From: Camelus ferus
Taxonomy: Eukaryota
Direction: 5' to 3'
Assembly: GCF_009834535.1 (NCBI RefSeq)
Contig: NC_045697.1
Location: 91,018,001-91,082,000 of the forward strand
Length of the DNA: 64,000 nucleotides
Of this stretch, positions 62,781 to 64,000 are shown piece by piece. A program made the translations under genes and the position numbers. Numbering within the stretch: the stretch's first letter is position 1; every line of letters begins with the position of its first letter. Below the pieces are notes generated by a model. That model had not been told where the DNA came from. It saw only the letters and a list, made by a program, of their open reading frames with translations, and did not search any database.

Positions 62781-62932
62781 AGAAGGAGAAGGGGAAGGAG
62801 TGAGAGTGGGAGAGAGGAAGGGAGAAAGAGAGAGAAAGGAAGGAAGAAAAGGAAGGAAGGAAGAAATGATAGGAGGGAGGGAAGGAAGAAAGAAAGGAAG
62901 AAAGAAAGGAAGAAAGAAAGAGAAGAGAAGAG
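62781..62932. repeat. Purine-rich low-complexity tract (GGAA/GAAA)n
   Basis: About 150 bp almost entirely A/G. Confidence 0.9.
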
Positions 62933-64000
62933 TCTTATTGGCTTAATCACATAATCACATAGTCCCTGTCCCTGATTGAGCTTTGGAGGGCTGACCACTT
63001 CCCAGAGGCTGAGCCTGACTGTGATTGGGAGTCCTTGAGTCACTTTAATTTATTAAAGGCCTGCTCAGGGTGCTCCCCAGCCTAGACAGTGGGCACAGGT
63101 GTTCCTTTCAGGAGGGCTGTGGATATGAAAGGCACTGACTGACATTTTGCCACTTTCTCCATGCAAAGAAGGGCAGCAGGATTCTCTTAGGCTCGATAAT
63201 GCTAGATGTCCTGATGTCAGGGTACTACTGCCCTTGTGGGTTGCTTACACCCTGGTAAAAAATGAACTCTTTACCTCTTTTCTTTTTTGCAGAAATTCAG
63301 TCATGCAGCTTGGAGAATGCATTTCAGGGTGGTAATTTACACTCAATCTTCAGTGATTCCAGAGACTTGGAGAAAAGGGAATAGAACCTTCATTTGAACC
63401 ATGATGTCATGAGATTTTTTACAGCACAGGTTTGTTTGGGGGAGGGGAGTGGTTGGATTAGATTCCAGTCTCCTTGTTATAATCAAGTTTTCCTTAATAA
63501 GATCTGTCATATATTGTAATCTGAAGGCAGATTCTCAAGTGCCACCTCTAGGTGCTACCCCTAGGTCCCACAGTATATGCAGCAATGAGCAACTTACCTG
63601 TTGCCCAGTGATTTGGCAGCATCCCTGGATATTACAGCCAAGCCATCCGGAGCAGGGGCGGAGAGGGCACACAAGGTATGATGGCCAGATAGCTGCTGCA
63701 GTTTTTTGGCCTTCGCCTTTGCCTTTCTCTAGTCCTTTCGCTGTTCCACTGAGGGCATGTGGCAAAACCAGGTAGGCCCCACGAGGCAGCTTATCTGCTT
63801 TTGTTTACTTCCATTTGAGCAACCAAGAACCTGAGGAGCTCTTTCTTCTCTGCTGTGTGCCTCAGGAGAGCCTGAACATTGCCTCCATCTCTTCCACTTG
63901 TAGCCAGTCTCAGCCATAAAGTACTGATAGGAGTCTATTCACTGTGGGTGTAAGGATGAAACAGGGTGCAAACTATGGTTAGGTTTTAGTGGTGGTTGAG

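Noticed and set aside
62698..63043. ORFs rich in E/R/K/G or F/S/L
   Set aside because: They are translations of the purine-rich low-complexity tract.
3000..64000. Remaining 60-130 aa ORFs in the supplied track as genes
   Set aside because: Their lengths are at chance level, many use non-ATG starts or lie in repeats, and none resembles a known protein.

Overview
This is mammalian non-coding (intronic or intergenic) DNA, not microbial sequence. A camelid source (alpaca, llama, vicuna or camel) is likely: the window holds a tRNA-Ala-derived vic-1-type SINE and young L1 3' ends I recognise as camelid-like. I find no recognisable host protein-coding gene, functional RNA gene or CRISPR array. The only ORFs with identifiable products are decayed LINE-1 ORF1 and ORF2 pieces. 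Much of the window is interspersed repeat: L1 of several ages, L2, many MIRs, MaLR/ERV solo LTRs, and hAT and Tigger relics. The rest is microsatellite and unique sequence with scattered enhancer-type motifs and a few candidate splice-site pairs. The most unusual object is a young ~2.9-kb L1 at 1-2915 (minus strand). It has a complete CpG-rich 5'UTR and full-length ORF1, joined directly to the last ~370 bp of ORF2 and the 3'UTR. This is an ORF1-only, HAL1-like architecture, and two other L1 copies in the window pin the junction to 538/539. Whether it is a one-off deletion or a mobile non-autonomous family is testable but cannot be decided here. Repeat family names come from visual recognition of consensus motifs, and boundaries without target-site duplications (TSDs) are approximate.
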